Positions 12,190 through 24,224 of a stretch of DNA of 64,000 nucleotides are shown in pieces. The stretch lies in assembly GCF_018977255.1 (NCBI RefSeq), contig NW_024704742.1, positions 122,700,001 through 122,764,000 of the forward strand, in the 5' to 3' direction. The stretch comes from Callorhinchus milii (lineage: Eukaryota). The position numbers and the translations under genes are program-made. Each line of letters starts with the position of its first letter. Positions within the stretch are counted from its first letter, which is position 1. The notes beneath the pieces are model-generated. The model worked only from the letters and a program-made list of their open reading frames with translations. It was not told the DNA's origin and did no database searches.

Positions 12190-12490
12190 CCCTGCGTTGT
12201 TGGAGGTGTTGTCCTTCAGATGAGATGTTAAACCTAGATCCTGTCTACCTGTTCAGCTGAACGTTCAAGATCTTATTACTCTATTTGAAAAGAGAAAGTT
12301 GGTTACGTCCAGTGTCCTGACTAACAATTGCCCTAGATACAATGATCATTCTCATCATAGCTGTTTGTAGGGCAGGCTGTTTGTGGGACATTGCTGTATG
12401 TAAATTGGCTGCTAATACAGTCACTTCACTTTACAGCAATTATCTGTTAAGCACCTTTCAATGTTATAGGCACTATATCAAATGTATAGA
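12190..12490 (+). mobile_element. Older Deu-domain SINE
   Basis: ggaggtgttgtccttcagatgagatgttaaacc core with 3' body. Confidence 0.75.
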
Positions 12491-13102
12491 TAATTGTGTG
12501 ATTCATAGTGACTCTGGATCACTATTAATGAATCGTATTGCAAACCTCTTAATTTTCCACCCTCTCTGGCAATTATACATTGAGCAGTGGAGAATGGATA
12601 CTGGAGAGCCTGATTTCTAAAGGACAAAATTATTTATATCTTCAGTAACTTTGGGAATTGATGGGCATTATATCAATAATAACAAATTAAAATGAAAAAC
12701 ATGTTCTGTGTTGGGATTTTTGTTATATATTTCTACGTAGATCATGTTTCTGCATGAAAATAAGCAATGTATTAAACTACCTTTTCTTCCATACTCCTTT
12801 AGTCTGAAACTGCCTTACTGAAACTGGCAATAAAAAAACTGGAAGTACATTGCATTGTGGAGGCCTAATCGAGCATCTTGTCTCACTATGCTGGATTAAT
12901 GTTCTCTTTACAACCCTGAAGAGAAACGGTAAAAAGCTTTCTAATGTAACCAATGTGTTATTGGAATTCCCTTATACTTTCTCTGGCTTAGTATCCAGCT
13001 GCCTTCACTCTTCATATTTCACTCCCTCACACTTATCAGCAGAGCAACCTAAAGTCGCAATCTGTCCACAGATAAAATTGCCGAAGTAATTATAATTTTC
13101 TC

Positions 13103-13470
13103 TCAGCTTGGCTCAGTTGGTAGCCTTTGAGTCCGAAGGTTGTGGGTTCAAGCCCCACGTCAGGAATTTTAACTCACACTCCAATACAGTGGAAGCGCTG
13201 GATTTTTGGAGATGCAACCCTTTCGATGAGATGTTCAAATGAGGTCCTGTCTGCCTGTTCAGGGTTTGTTAAAAATATCAGGGCACTATTCGAAAAGAGG
13301 ATGGAGTTTCTCAATAAAATGGTCATTCATTTTAGGGCTGTTTATAGGATATAGCTGTGCACAAAGTGATTGCTGTATTTGCTTGCAAAATACAATCACT
13401 AACTTTACAATAAATCCTGTGAAGCACTTTGAGATATTCTCCTGACATCAACCATAAGGATTATTAATAT
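13103..13470 (+). mobile_element. Older Deu-domain SINE
   Basis: cttggctcagttggtagc...gggttcaagcccc head, core and tail. Confidence 0.8.
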
Positions 13471-14248
13471 ATTATAATCCAATTTGCAAATAATATTTTA
13501 TTAATAACAATGGGAAAAAATAGACCACTCATAAATCGAGACATGCACTTGCTTTGTTGGACTTATTGACAAAACTCTTAAATGTAAATGTAAAACAACC
13601 AGTCAAGCCAATCTGGGAATGTCACTATAATTCATTATTGATTAGTCAGAACCTATTATTTTTCTCAAAGGACTCAGTACTTTATTTTAGGTTCCATGTT
13701 CTACATTTTATATAGTGTTGGAGAAAGCATGTTTACTATTTTTTGACCACAAAAAATGGGAAAAAAACAATAGCAGAGACAGCAAATGCATCATGTGAAT
13801 TTGCAATATTTGCAAATTTTTAAAAGAGGTGCAGGGAAACTAAAGTGCAAAGAAAAGCCAAATGCTGTCTCCCCTACACTGGTCTCTTTAGCTTTTTATT
13901 TTGTATTTGTAATTTTTGCTCTCAGAAATCACTGTTCAGCTTTGCAGTTCCAAAGCTAAAGCTCTGAGCTCATGGGACATCTACACAGCTGGATCCTGGC
14001 TCACTTTCTTTGTGTCTGGTTCTAACTACGATTGCCAAATTGAACGATCCAGATTATTATTTTTCTTGATGTGGAACAGCAGCCATGTGCTTGGCGGAAT
14101 ATAAAGGCATTTCATCTCGTCGGGATATAAAAACATTTCATTTAATCTTCACAGATCCAGTGATATAGTGGTCTACTGCCCTCGAGGCTTTCGTTTAAAG
14201 AGGGATTATCCTCAACAAAAGCTTTTCACACATACCCAACAATCAGGT

Positions 14249-14573
14249 GGAGTCCTGTAGCTCAGTGGTGAGAGCACTCGCTTTGCAAGTGAGAGACCTG
14301 AGTTCAATTCCAGGCAGGGCGAAACCTTGGGCAAGTTTCCTTACTCCACACGCCTAATAATAATCCCTCCAAAAAACCAAAAACAATAATTAAATTGGTC
14401 ATTTTCAATCTACGACTGTTTGTGGGACATTGCTGTGCGCAATTGGCTGCCGCGTTCGCCCACAAATATACAGTCAATTCACTTTACAGTGTGTTCTGTG
14501 AAGCGCTTTGGGACGTCCTCCTGACGTGAAAAGCGCTATATCAAATGCAAGGATTATTATTATTATTATTATT
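14249..14573 (+). mobile_element. Young tRNA-derived SINE, short form (reference copy)
   Basis: Intact A and B boxes, CpGs retained, long (ATT)n tail, aatcag at both flanks. Confidence 0.97.
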
Positions 14574-15179
14574 AATCAGTTTGTTACAGTCATCACTAAC
14601 TTTATTGAATCTGTCAGTATTCAAAATTAGTCAAACGTAACGATCAAATGTAAGGGCCTGGAAAATAGATTCAGTGCATGAGGAGATTCAGAGAACTGTG
14701 AATCAGGTACACCACCCACTCCACAAGTATCCACAGCAACAATGTATGAACAAGACTTCACTTCTAGTTGATATAATGCTCTATCACATAAAACTGACTA
14801 AAAGTGATTCAGGGGTAATTACTGGCAAGGGTAGTGACAATGTATTGTAGGTAAACGATGCAGTTAATTTACACACAGCAATGTCTCACACAAAGACATG
14901 AAGTAATTGACTGTGTTGTGTTGGTAATCTTCTATTATATTGTTAAGACTTTTCAGACATGGAGACACCTAAGTAGATAGCTGATCTGTAGGGTAATCAT
15001 GCATTATTCAAATAATTGAAGCACGGTATTGCCAGACTACCCTATACATGCATCTCAGCAACCGTCAAGATCAGATTAGCCACTCTAGACAATTAAGTAA
15101 GTATCAGGTATCAGAGGGGCTTAATCCTAAAAAACTCAAGGGGAGAATTATTTTGTATTTAGATACAATCAAAAGTGAC

Positions 15180-16040
15180 AGTCTGGCACAGATTCTCATC
15201 TCTGAGTCAAAGGTTATGGGTTCAATACACACATCGGTACTTTGAACTCGCGCCTAGGCTGACAATCCAATGTAATGGTGCGTTGTTGGAGGTGTCTCCT
15301 TTGGATGAAACATCTGCCTGCTCCATATCCACCTGACCGCTCGCTCCCGGTCCCCACGTGCGCACTATGGCTGCTGCTTTGACCCGAGCCCCCTCAGCCC
15401 CTCCCTCCCTCCCCCTCCTCTCTTCCCTCTCTTCCTTGCTCCCTCCTAACTCTCCGACCTACTATCCCCCTACCTACTTGCCTGTATCCTCCGTTCCTCT
15501 GGCTCCGGTCTGCTCCACATCCCCCGCCCCAACTGCCCTACCATTGGTGGCCGGGCCTTCAGCCTCTCAGCCCCCAGGCTCTGGAACTCCATCCCCCAGT
15601 GCCTTCACCTTGCTTCCTCCCTTTCCTCCTTCAAGGCCGGTCTCAAGACCTTTCTCTTTGACCGTGCCTTCAGCTCCCCTCTCGACTCTCTACCCCCTCC
15701 TCGCTCCCTCCCTTCCCTCCCCTCACCCTGACCATTTCCTCCCAATGCTCGGGTCCTGACCCAACTGTACAGCGCCTTGGGACGTCCTCCCGACGGGAAA
15801 GGCGTTCTATAAATGGAATCTTGTTGTTGTTGTTGCTCAGTAGGACGTGAAAGATCCCATGTCACTATTCAAAAAGAGAAGGGACTTTCTCCTTGTATCC
15901 TGGCCAACAATCCCCAAATAAAATTGATCATTCACTTAATGGCTGTTTGTGGGACATTGCAAACCATCTGCCGTATTCATCTACAAATATGCAGTCACTA
16001 CATTGCACAATAAAATGCATTGAAGCACTCTGAGATGTCT
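15180..16040 (+). mobile_element. Older Deu-domain SINE split by an L2 insertion
   Basis: Head and core at 15180-15320 resume at about 15840 (ggacgtgaaagatcccatg). Confidence 0.75.
15325..15836 (+). mobile_element. Young L2 LINE 3' fragment (type A tail)
   Basis: cagcgccttgggacgtcctcccgacgggaaaggcg...(TTG)n; nearly identical to 19990-20342. Confidence 0.9.
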
Positions 16041-16646
16041 GGTTACTATAGATTATAAAGTCATCTGAGCCCTTTGATTATGATTAATTCCTGACAATTG
16101 CTCCCATTATGGCATATTATTCTATATATCAGGCGATTTACTGGATTCATGACGTGTTTACATTTGAATGCTTTGAAGAAAAATCAAATACTTGAAATTC
16201 AATCTCACAGTCTGAGCAAGCAGCAGAATTTCTTACTTGAACGTAGCTTCAACTGAGTAAATTCATCTGATTATTCTTCTGTGGCAAAATTACCTCTGAG
16301 TTTCTAGACACAATGTGAGAAGTCAATGACAATAACAGCAAACGTGCAGCGGGCTTCAGTGAGTAAGCAGCACAATGTATTCCTGAAACAATGTTGAAAA
16401 GTGATGCAAGCCTAACAAACCCATGGTTAAATCATTTCCTTCTCCCAATTCACAGACTATTTAAGGGTGATTGTGTACTCTGCAGTTATACTGCTTCGCA
16501 GGATTGTGTTCATTTTCCTGTTCGGGGGAGAAGGATTAAATTGAAAGTTTATTCCCCATTATTCCCAAGGGGTTCAGTGCTCATAAAGCTGGGAAGTGTG
16601 CACCAAAGTAAAACCTTGATAGTTCTCTGAGTATTAGAATTTTTAT

Positions 16647-16905
16647 TATTAATAATAATGATAATAATCCTTGCATTTGATATAGCGCCTTATCTCGTCA
16701 TTGAGACGTCTCAAAGCGCTTCAAAGGATATACTGTAAAATGGTTTGGCTGTGTATTTTGTGGATGAAATGCGGCAACTAGTTGCACACAGCAATGTTCC
16801 ACGAACAGCCATGGAGTGAGGGACCATTTTTTCATTTTGGGGGATTGTTGGTCAAGACAAGGGAGAGACAAGCTCCCATCACTTTTCGAATAGTACCATG
16901 GTAAA
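16647..16905 (-). mobile_element. Deu-type SINE 3' half
   Basis: Reverse tail, body and partial core (cttttcgaatagtaccatgg). Confidence 0.8.
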
Positions 16906-17737
16906 TCCTGTGAAACACATTTCAAAATGTTTCACAGGAATTACTGTGAATTGTAGGTATTGTGCATTTTGTAGGTAAACCCAACTTACATTTGCAGCTT
17001 TGTGGGTCAGACAGTACTGGAATATGACCCCATGATCCTAACAAGGCTGCTGTGATGCCTTTATGATGCACCCCTTTTACATGTTGCAAACAGAGCAATA
17101 TAGTGTACAATAACCACATGTCACCAATTTCCACAGACAGTCACCGGATGAGGTATTGTATCCTTGACCATATTTGCCCAGTCTTGAGTTCAGCAACAAA
17201 CCGAGCAAGAACAATAAAATTCTAAAACAGAGAAATAGTCATTAATACAACAAGCTTCTCCAGTACTAATTGGAATTGTGGTGAGTTCAATTTTTTTATA
17301 TGTGTCCTTTGATTTGATGTTGAAAATATGGTAACCCTAATGTACTGATGCAATAATATACATGTTACAAAACACAGACTCAATGGCTGGACCAGTGGAA
17401 GTCTGAGCAGATATCTTAATTTTTTTCTGTTATCAGTTTTGCAGACAGCAGTGCAACATTCAAGCACTGATAAAAAAAAGACTGAACCAATAACATCCAC
17501 ATAGACAAACAAACCAGCCTATATCATAACTATCAGGAAGTGATTTCAACATTATAATATTTGTTTTCGGATCGACATGGTGATAATCTAATCTCAGAGT
17601 TTCCCTACCATTTATGAGTTTCAATCTCATGGTTTAACATTCCATCTGAACTCTTGTACTGACTCTCAGGTATTGATTGTTCTTAGTATCATTTCAAAGA
17701 AAATCTGGAGCCAACCCTAATGTTGAAAAGAAAACTT

Positions 17738-17990
17738 GGAAACAGGAACAGGAAAAATTATTCTAGCCTGTGGAGCCTAATCCCACCCTTTTCTTTTAGA
17801 TAACGGCAGATATTTTAATTCAATTCTCTGCATGTTGTCCATATGTTTATACGTTTAGTTTCCATGTGTTTATCCATGTCCCTTTTAAACACATCGATCG
17901 ATTTTGCATCTACAATCTACTAGAAAAATACATTCCACATTTTCACAATCCTTTGTGTAAAGAAATGGTTTCTATAATACCTATTTGACC
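17738..17990 (-). mobile_element. Old CR1 3' end
   Basis: ggaaacaggaacagg start; cattccacattttcacaatcctttgtgtaaagaaatg is the reverse of the FFTQRIV-coding stretch. Confidence 0.65.
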
Positions 17991-18120
17991 TTTAAGAAGG
18001 AATCTGTCTTTCCACAAGATCACAAGATTTTTGTTCTGGCAAACAAGGAAAATCAAGGATTCCTCATTACATGAATATACGTAATTTTATTCTGAGTGCC
18101 AGGCACCAGGGTCATGTTCC

Positions 18121-18408
18121 ATAATAATAATAATAATTCTTGCATTTCATATGGCGCTTTTCACGTCTTCACAGAATATAATGTAAAGTTAATTGACTGT
18201 ATATTTGTGGGTAAAACGTGTCAGCCAATTGCGCAAAGCAGTGCCGCACAAACAGTCGTGGATTGAAATGTTATTTTTGTTTTCTTGAGGGATTATTATC
18301 AGGTGTGTGGAGTAAGGAAACCTTGCCCAAGGTTTCACCTTGCTGGGAATCGAACCCAGGCCTCTCGCTCGTGAGGCAAGTGCTCTAACAACTGAGCTAC
18401 AGGACTCC
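18121..18408 (-). mobile_element. tRNA-derived SINE, short form
   Basis: Full reverse copy with a small deletion in the stem-loop; tccat at both flanks. Confidence 0.92.
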
Positions 18409-18819
18409 ATTCATCAACCATGCCTTTTCAACCCCTCACACAGATGTTTGCCACACACCTCACAGGACACATTTTTCCCTACTACTGAGTCCAAATGAAT
18501 TGTCACAGAATAATTGCCTGTTTTATTTCAGGATATAAACACATTTTGACTTGTGCTGTTGAAGGGAGGCAGAAATACAACTTTCACTCCCCAGGCAATC
18601 AACTTGTTTGTACTCAGCTGGTCACTAATATGACTCAGATAATGGCAGATATATTAATTCAATTCTCTACCTGTTGCTCATACAACTAGAAGCAACGTCA
18701 CTTCCACATTTTTCACTTCAGACAGTGAAATTCTTATCATATCCTAAAAATTGCATTCATGAGGCATACACAGTATTAAGCAACATTTTGTCTCTAATAT
18801 CCTCAGGAGATGACAGAAA

Positions 18820-19280
18820 AAACCCTACATTTTTATAGTGCCTTTATCAGATCAAAAGGTCTCAGAGGATGTTACAGTAGAGACTGTCAAGTGCAATCAC
18901 TGTTTTTGTAGCCATCTGCAGCAGCTTTTTGCACACAACGAACAACCTTGAGGTGAAATGCCATTTTTGTCTGGAAGAATGCTGGTCAGGATACCAGGAG
19001 ATTTACCCACAAATATACAGTCAATTCACTTTACAGTCTATTCTGTGAAGCGCTTTGAGACGTCGAGAAGACGTGAAAAGCGCTAAATCAAACGCAAGGA
19101 TTATTATTATAGTCACAACATTTTGCTGTAAAAATCTCAATGACACAACAAGGCACTCTGTCAAATGCAACAATATTTAAATTCTCTTCTGTTTGTGAAT
19201 GGTGCCTGGGATCTTTAAAATCCACCTGAACAGATAGACGGGACCTTGGTTTAAGGTCTCATCCGATGAACAGATACGAT
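18820..19280 (-). mobile_element. Old Deu SINE with a young SINE 3' fragment nested at about 19005-19110 (+)
   Basis: Reverse core ctgaacagatagacgggaccttggtttaaggtctcatcc. Confidence 0.7.
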
Positions 19281-19462
19281 GAATGTCAATGTCAGTAGAT
19301 GTTCAGACCCTGGCCTTTTCAGTTCTTTTTGATCATATATGTGCACAAAGATATGTGAGTAGTGAGGGTAAACAGGCTGAAAGTGAGGCTTCAAATAAGT
19401 CAATTAATTCGGTAGTTAATTAGAATTCAGAGCAGCATCACAAATGCTGTGAAAAGTATATT

Positions 19463-19557
19463 AATAATAATAATAATAATAATCCTTGCATTTGATATAG
19501 CGCTTTTCACGTCGGGAGGACGTCCCAAAGCGCTTCACAGAACACACTGTAAAGTGT
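19463..19557 (-). mobile_element. Young SINE tail fragment
   Basis: (TAA)n then ccttgcatttgatatagcgcttttcacgtcgggaggacgtccc. Confidence 0.9.
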
Positions 19558-19580
19558 GATTAAGTCAGGTTTTAAAGCCA

Positions 19581-20342
19581 GTCTGGAACCTCGGCGTTCT
19601 GTTCGACCCTGAGCTGTCCTTTCTTCCTCATATCCGCGCCACAACTGGCACCGCCTTCCATCACCTCCAAAACATCGCCAGACTACGGCACTACCTCACC
19701 CCTCACGCTGCTGAAACACTGGTCCACGTCTTCATCACCTCAAGGCTGGACTACGGGAACTCTCTCCTCGTCGGCCTTCCCGGCACCTCCCTCCACAAGC
19801 TGCAGGTCATTCAGAACTCTGCAGCTCGTGTACTGTCCCGCACCAGGCTTCGGGACCACATCACTCCCACCCTCGCTCGCCTCCACTGGCTCCCCATCCC
19901 CCAGAGGATCGAATTCAAGATCCTCATCCTCACCTACAAGGCCATTCACGGCCTTGCTCCCTCCTACCTCTCCAACCTACTAGCCCCCTACCTACCTGTC
20001 CGTACCCTCCGTTCCTCTGGCTCCGGTCTGCTCCACATCCCCCGCCCCAACCGCCCTACCATCGGTGGCCCGGCCTTCAGCCTCTCAGCCCCCAGGCTCT
20101 GGAACTCTATCCCCCAGTGCCTTCGCCGCTTCCTCCCTTTCCTCCTTCAAGGTCGGTCTCAAGACCTTTCTCTTTGACCGTGCCTTCAGCTCCCCTCTCG
20201 ACTCTCTACTCACTCCTCGCTCCCTCCCCTCACCCTGACCATTTCCCCCCTGCTCGGGTCCTGACCCAACTATCCAGCGCCTTGGGACGTCCTCCCGAAG
20301 TGAAAGGCACTCTATAAATGCAATCTTGTTGTTGTTGTTGTT
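19581..20342 (+). mobile_element. Young L2 LINE 3' fragment (type A tail)
   Basis: NLGVLFDPELSF...SRLDYGNSLL...LHWLP...RIEFKIL; (TTG)n tail. Confidence 0.95.
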
Positions 20343-20770
20343 AATGTTACGATGAAGATAGAATTCTGTCAGTATCAGAGTGGCTTCTGTGAAGGTGTAT
20401 TGCAATACTTCATATCACGTTTTAGGGTAAAGTTCTGTGGTTCTAAGGCTTAAGGTACAATTAAATTCAATGCAGTGACACAGAATTGCATTGTGACTAT
20501 ATGTTTAAAGTTAAAAGACTTGCAAATTATTGCATCATTTTTAAGGTCAGGTTTCGAGGTGATGGTAATTTTCAATTGCAGCACAAAGACTCATTAAATG
20601 TGCAATGTCAACTCCCTGCCCTTTGTCCTACTCTCTCCAGGACTGATTCCAGCTATGACATAGGGAAGATAAAACATAACTTAAGGATTTAATTTTCAGT
20701 CTTTCGCCAAGATCCATGGTCGCAGGAGCTTTCAAAACCCCAAAAAACAGAATCAAATAGCAGAGGAGTA

Positions 20771-20925
20771 GCAAAGTGGGTTTGAGGATCATGGATTTTT
20801 TTTGATCAGCCGTGTGTCTGACACATGTGGAAACCCATCACTATGCTTTTAAGTGTATCCAAACCAAGTTGAGATTTCCATACATCCCACCTACACATGG
20901 AAATGTGTAGATCTCCAGAGGTAGA
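20771..20925 (+). repeat. Left copy of an inverted repeat pair
   Basis: Aligns to the reverse complement of 23065-23230. Confidence 0.75.
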
Positions 20926-21415
20926 TTGTTGGACTAGAATGTGTACTCTCTCCCTGGAGGGATGCATCCTGTTTACCTAATTCTGGAAAGTATTAGGCAC
21001 AGGTTGGCAAAAAACAAGGCTTGGGACCCACAGAGTGGGCATTGGGGTACTGCTGGTGTCTAACCAGCTAAAACCACATAGCTTGCCATTGAAATTTCTA
21101 TCTGACAAGCTTTCCCAGCACTCTGAACCGCTACCCTACATGGAGGGGGCTGTATAAGTGCAAGTTGTTGTTGCTGTTGTCCAGCTAGGACTACCCTACC
21201 CGTTAGGGCTTTGGCTTGCGGGGATAACAGAAGCTGAGTGGGATGACTACCTGCCCCCAGTGACTGGTCTACCCCTTCAGGTCCTGTTGATGAGGAAGGC
21301 TGACTGTGCTGTCATCAGCAGTGTCCTGGAATACTGTGGACCCGCCTATCTCAGGAACCGGACTACCACAGAGGGCTGGCTCGATTCCGCCATTCCATTG
21401 CCAGGTAGGTCACCT

Positions 21416-21530
21416 TAATAATAATAATAATCCTTGCATTTGATATAGCGCTTTTCACGTCTTCTAGACGTCTCAAAGCGCTTCACACAATATGCTGTAA
21501 AGTTAATTGACCGTATATTTGTGGGCGAAA
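21416..21530 (-). mobile_element. Young SINE 3' fragment
   Basis: (TAA)n tail and stem-loop. Confidence 0.9.
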
Positions 21531-21919
21531 GCTCAGCTCCAAGGAGACTTTGTTATCTCCCGCACAAGGAGGGAACATGGAGAAGAAGGGCATACGTAGT
21601 TCATCCATACTATCCACCACACAATGAGCTCCTGACCTGGTGGGGGGGGGGGTTGGGAGCTGGCAGGAGGATCTGGTTTGTCAATGGGAGAGGCCTATTG
21701 CCAGGGGAGGGTTATTATCAGGGGAGGGGTTATTGTCCCGTGAAGACTCTGTTGTCAGTGGAGGGTCATAATCAGGGGAACAGCTTGGTTGTTAGGCGAG
21801 GGGATGGGTTTAGCCAATGATAAATGAAAAGCTAATTCTGTGCAGGGACAATCCACGCTTTACCACTCTTTGGCAGATTATGCCCAGAAAACAGCTACTA
21901 CTCATAATAAATAATGGTA

Positions 21920-22270
21920 ATAAGTCAGTGGGTTCAGCCATATGTTGAAATCACAGTCTACTCTGACACTCCTATGCAGTGTTAGGGCAGCGCTGAATTG
22001 TTGGAGGTGTTGACTTTCGAATGAGACATTAAAGTGAGGTCCCATCCCTATTCAGGTAGTCATTAATGATCTTGTAGCGCTAATTGAAAAAGAAGGGAGT
22101 TTCTTCCTGTGATATGGTTGCCAGTTCCCCAGAAAGAGATTGGTCATTCCCTTCACGGCTGATTGTAGGACATTGCTGTGTTCTGCATTACAGAAGTGAC
22201 TGTATTACAAATTAAATCCTGTGAAGTACTTTGAGATGTGTTAATTACGTGATAAATGCAATAATTATTA
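21920..22270 (+). mobile_element. Older Deu-domain SINE
   Basis: ggaggtgttgactttcgaatgagacattaaagtgaggtccc core and 3' body. Confidence 0.75.
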
Positions 22271-23064
22271 AGTCACGCATCCTCCAAGGGCCCCTATATA
22301 CGTTTATGTGGTGTTCCCTAGCTTACCGTCCTGAGCGCCAAGAGATCTTCAAGACTACATAAGTCTTCAAGCTAGTTTTATGGCAATGGTGTTCAAACCT
22401 CATTGTTCTCATTTCCACAGACTACAACTTCAGTCTTGCTTCTGCTGACAGGTTTTTTAATAAAAGGTGAAACCCAAATCTTCAGCCTATCTTTCTCCAT
22501 TAGATTATGTGTATGTGCCAGCATATTCTGTTTCTGTCTCAGATTCTTTCTTTATATTTCCCAAGGTACTTACAATTTCAGAATGCTATTAAGGACTTGT
22601 CGTCAAAACTAACTGAAAGAAATAGAGACAGGTGATGATTAATGCCAAGCCACAAAATACACAATCACTCCTTATACAGTATATCCTGTGAAGTGCTTTG
22701 AAATGTATTGACAACTTGATAAGGCGCTAGATCAAATGCAAGGAGATTTTTATTATTAACCTTGTGGACATTTACATAAAAAGGCAAAGGAGCAGGAAGC
22801 TCCTTGTGCATAGATAAGCCTGTAAATAAATCAATTTATATAGCACCTTTCCCGTCAGGAGGATGCCTCAAAGCATTTGACAATGCTGGATAGGCACCTG
22901 AGCTAGGGGTGAAAGGCAAGGGAGACTGGGAGGGGGAAAGATTACTGAAAATGCTTTTGATCATTTTAAGATATTTATTTACATACAAAGCAAGACAAGA
23001 GATTAAACTAATTTTAAGGATGTGATATTAATGGAAGGCAGCTCGATCTTTGCTCAATAAGCAC

Positions 23065-23230
23065 ATCTCTGATTTCTACTTACAACACGGGTATTTCCGT
23101 GTGTAAGTGGGATGCATGGAACTTCCAGTTTAGTTTGGATACTCTGAAGCATAGTCATGGCTTTCAGCATGTGTCACACACCCAGCTCACCCTCAAAAGA
23201 AAATCTACTTTCAACAATACCATTCTTTGA
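23065..23230 (-). repeat. Right copy of an inverted repeat pair
   Basis: Reverse complement aligns to 20771-20925. Confidence 0.75.
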
Positions 23231-23894
23231 TCAGTGGTCATAAGATTGCCTTAAAACTAAATGACAAGTACAACAGAAACATATTCCACACATCATGTGT
23301 ATCCAATCTGACTTTTGCATCAATGGAAAGAAATAGCTTAGTTTAGTTCCTCATCTAAATTTACAAGATCCCTTTTTAAGGGATTGTTTTTAGAAACTGT
23401 CTGTGGTTGAGTAACAGAGAAGGGGAACTTTGGCTTTATATTTTCCAGTTTTTGAAATACAACAACAAGATTACATTTACATTGAATTTTTTGAAAATAG
23501 TGATTTAAGTGACAAGAATGGTCCTGGTTAGAGGTACCGCACTGCAATGTGAGAACGTCAGCAACAAGGGTGGGGAATAGTGGCCCTTTGCCATTTGTGT
23601 TACATGTTTATTTTTAACCAACAATGCTAATGTATGAAGATAAATCTAAAACATTCCTATATTGTAGGTTTGTATCACGAACGAGTCCTTAGATATTAAT
23701 GCAGCTCAAACCAAGCACAGTGCTAACAAATATCTCTATAGTCTAAGATCAAGCCCCAAACCACAAATTAATGAATGATCCTTCTTAGACATAACCACCA
23801 ATGTCAATCACATAAATGAATGAATGAATCAATCTCCTTAATCTAAACTTTATGCTAATATCACTATTTTCCTGGCCTAAACCCATGTTGTATC

Positions 23895-24150
23895 AACATG
23901 GCTCAGTTTGTAGCCCTCTTGCCTCTGTGCCAGGAGAATGTGGGTTTGAGCACCACAACAGGAACATGAGCTCCTAAATCCAGAATGGAATGCCTGTGCA
24001 ATATGGAATAAAGCAATCTGTAATGTTAGAGGTGCCAGTTTTCAGATGAGAAGTTGAAGCGAGCTCCAGTCTAGTGGTTCAGTATGATCTTACAGATCCT
24101 ACAGCAAAAAATTGAAAAAGCAGGGATCTCTCCCAGTATCCCATCCAATA
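23895..24150 (+). mobile_element. Older Deu-domain SINE, 5' part
   Basis: tggctcagtttgtagccctcttgcctctg head; gaggtgccagttttcagatgag core. Confidence 0.7.
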
Positions 24151-24224
24151 TTTTCTTTTATCTAATCTGATCATTTGGGCACTCATTACATCATTACACC
24201 TAGGTAGCAAAAACAGTAGAGCGG

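Noticed and set aside
14249..14320. tRNA-Ala gene (and equivalent heads elsewhere)
   Set aside because: No proper acceptor-stem closure; it runs directly into the SINE body in many copies
15358..15759. Pro/Ser-rich ORFs (also 27007, 32702, 8938)
   Set aside because: Off-frame or antisense translations of C-rich L2 sequence
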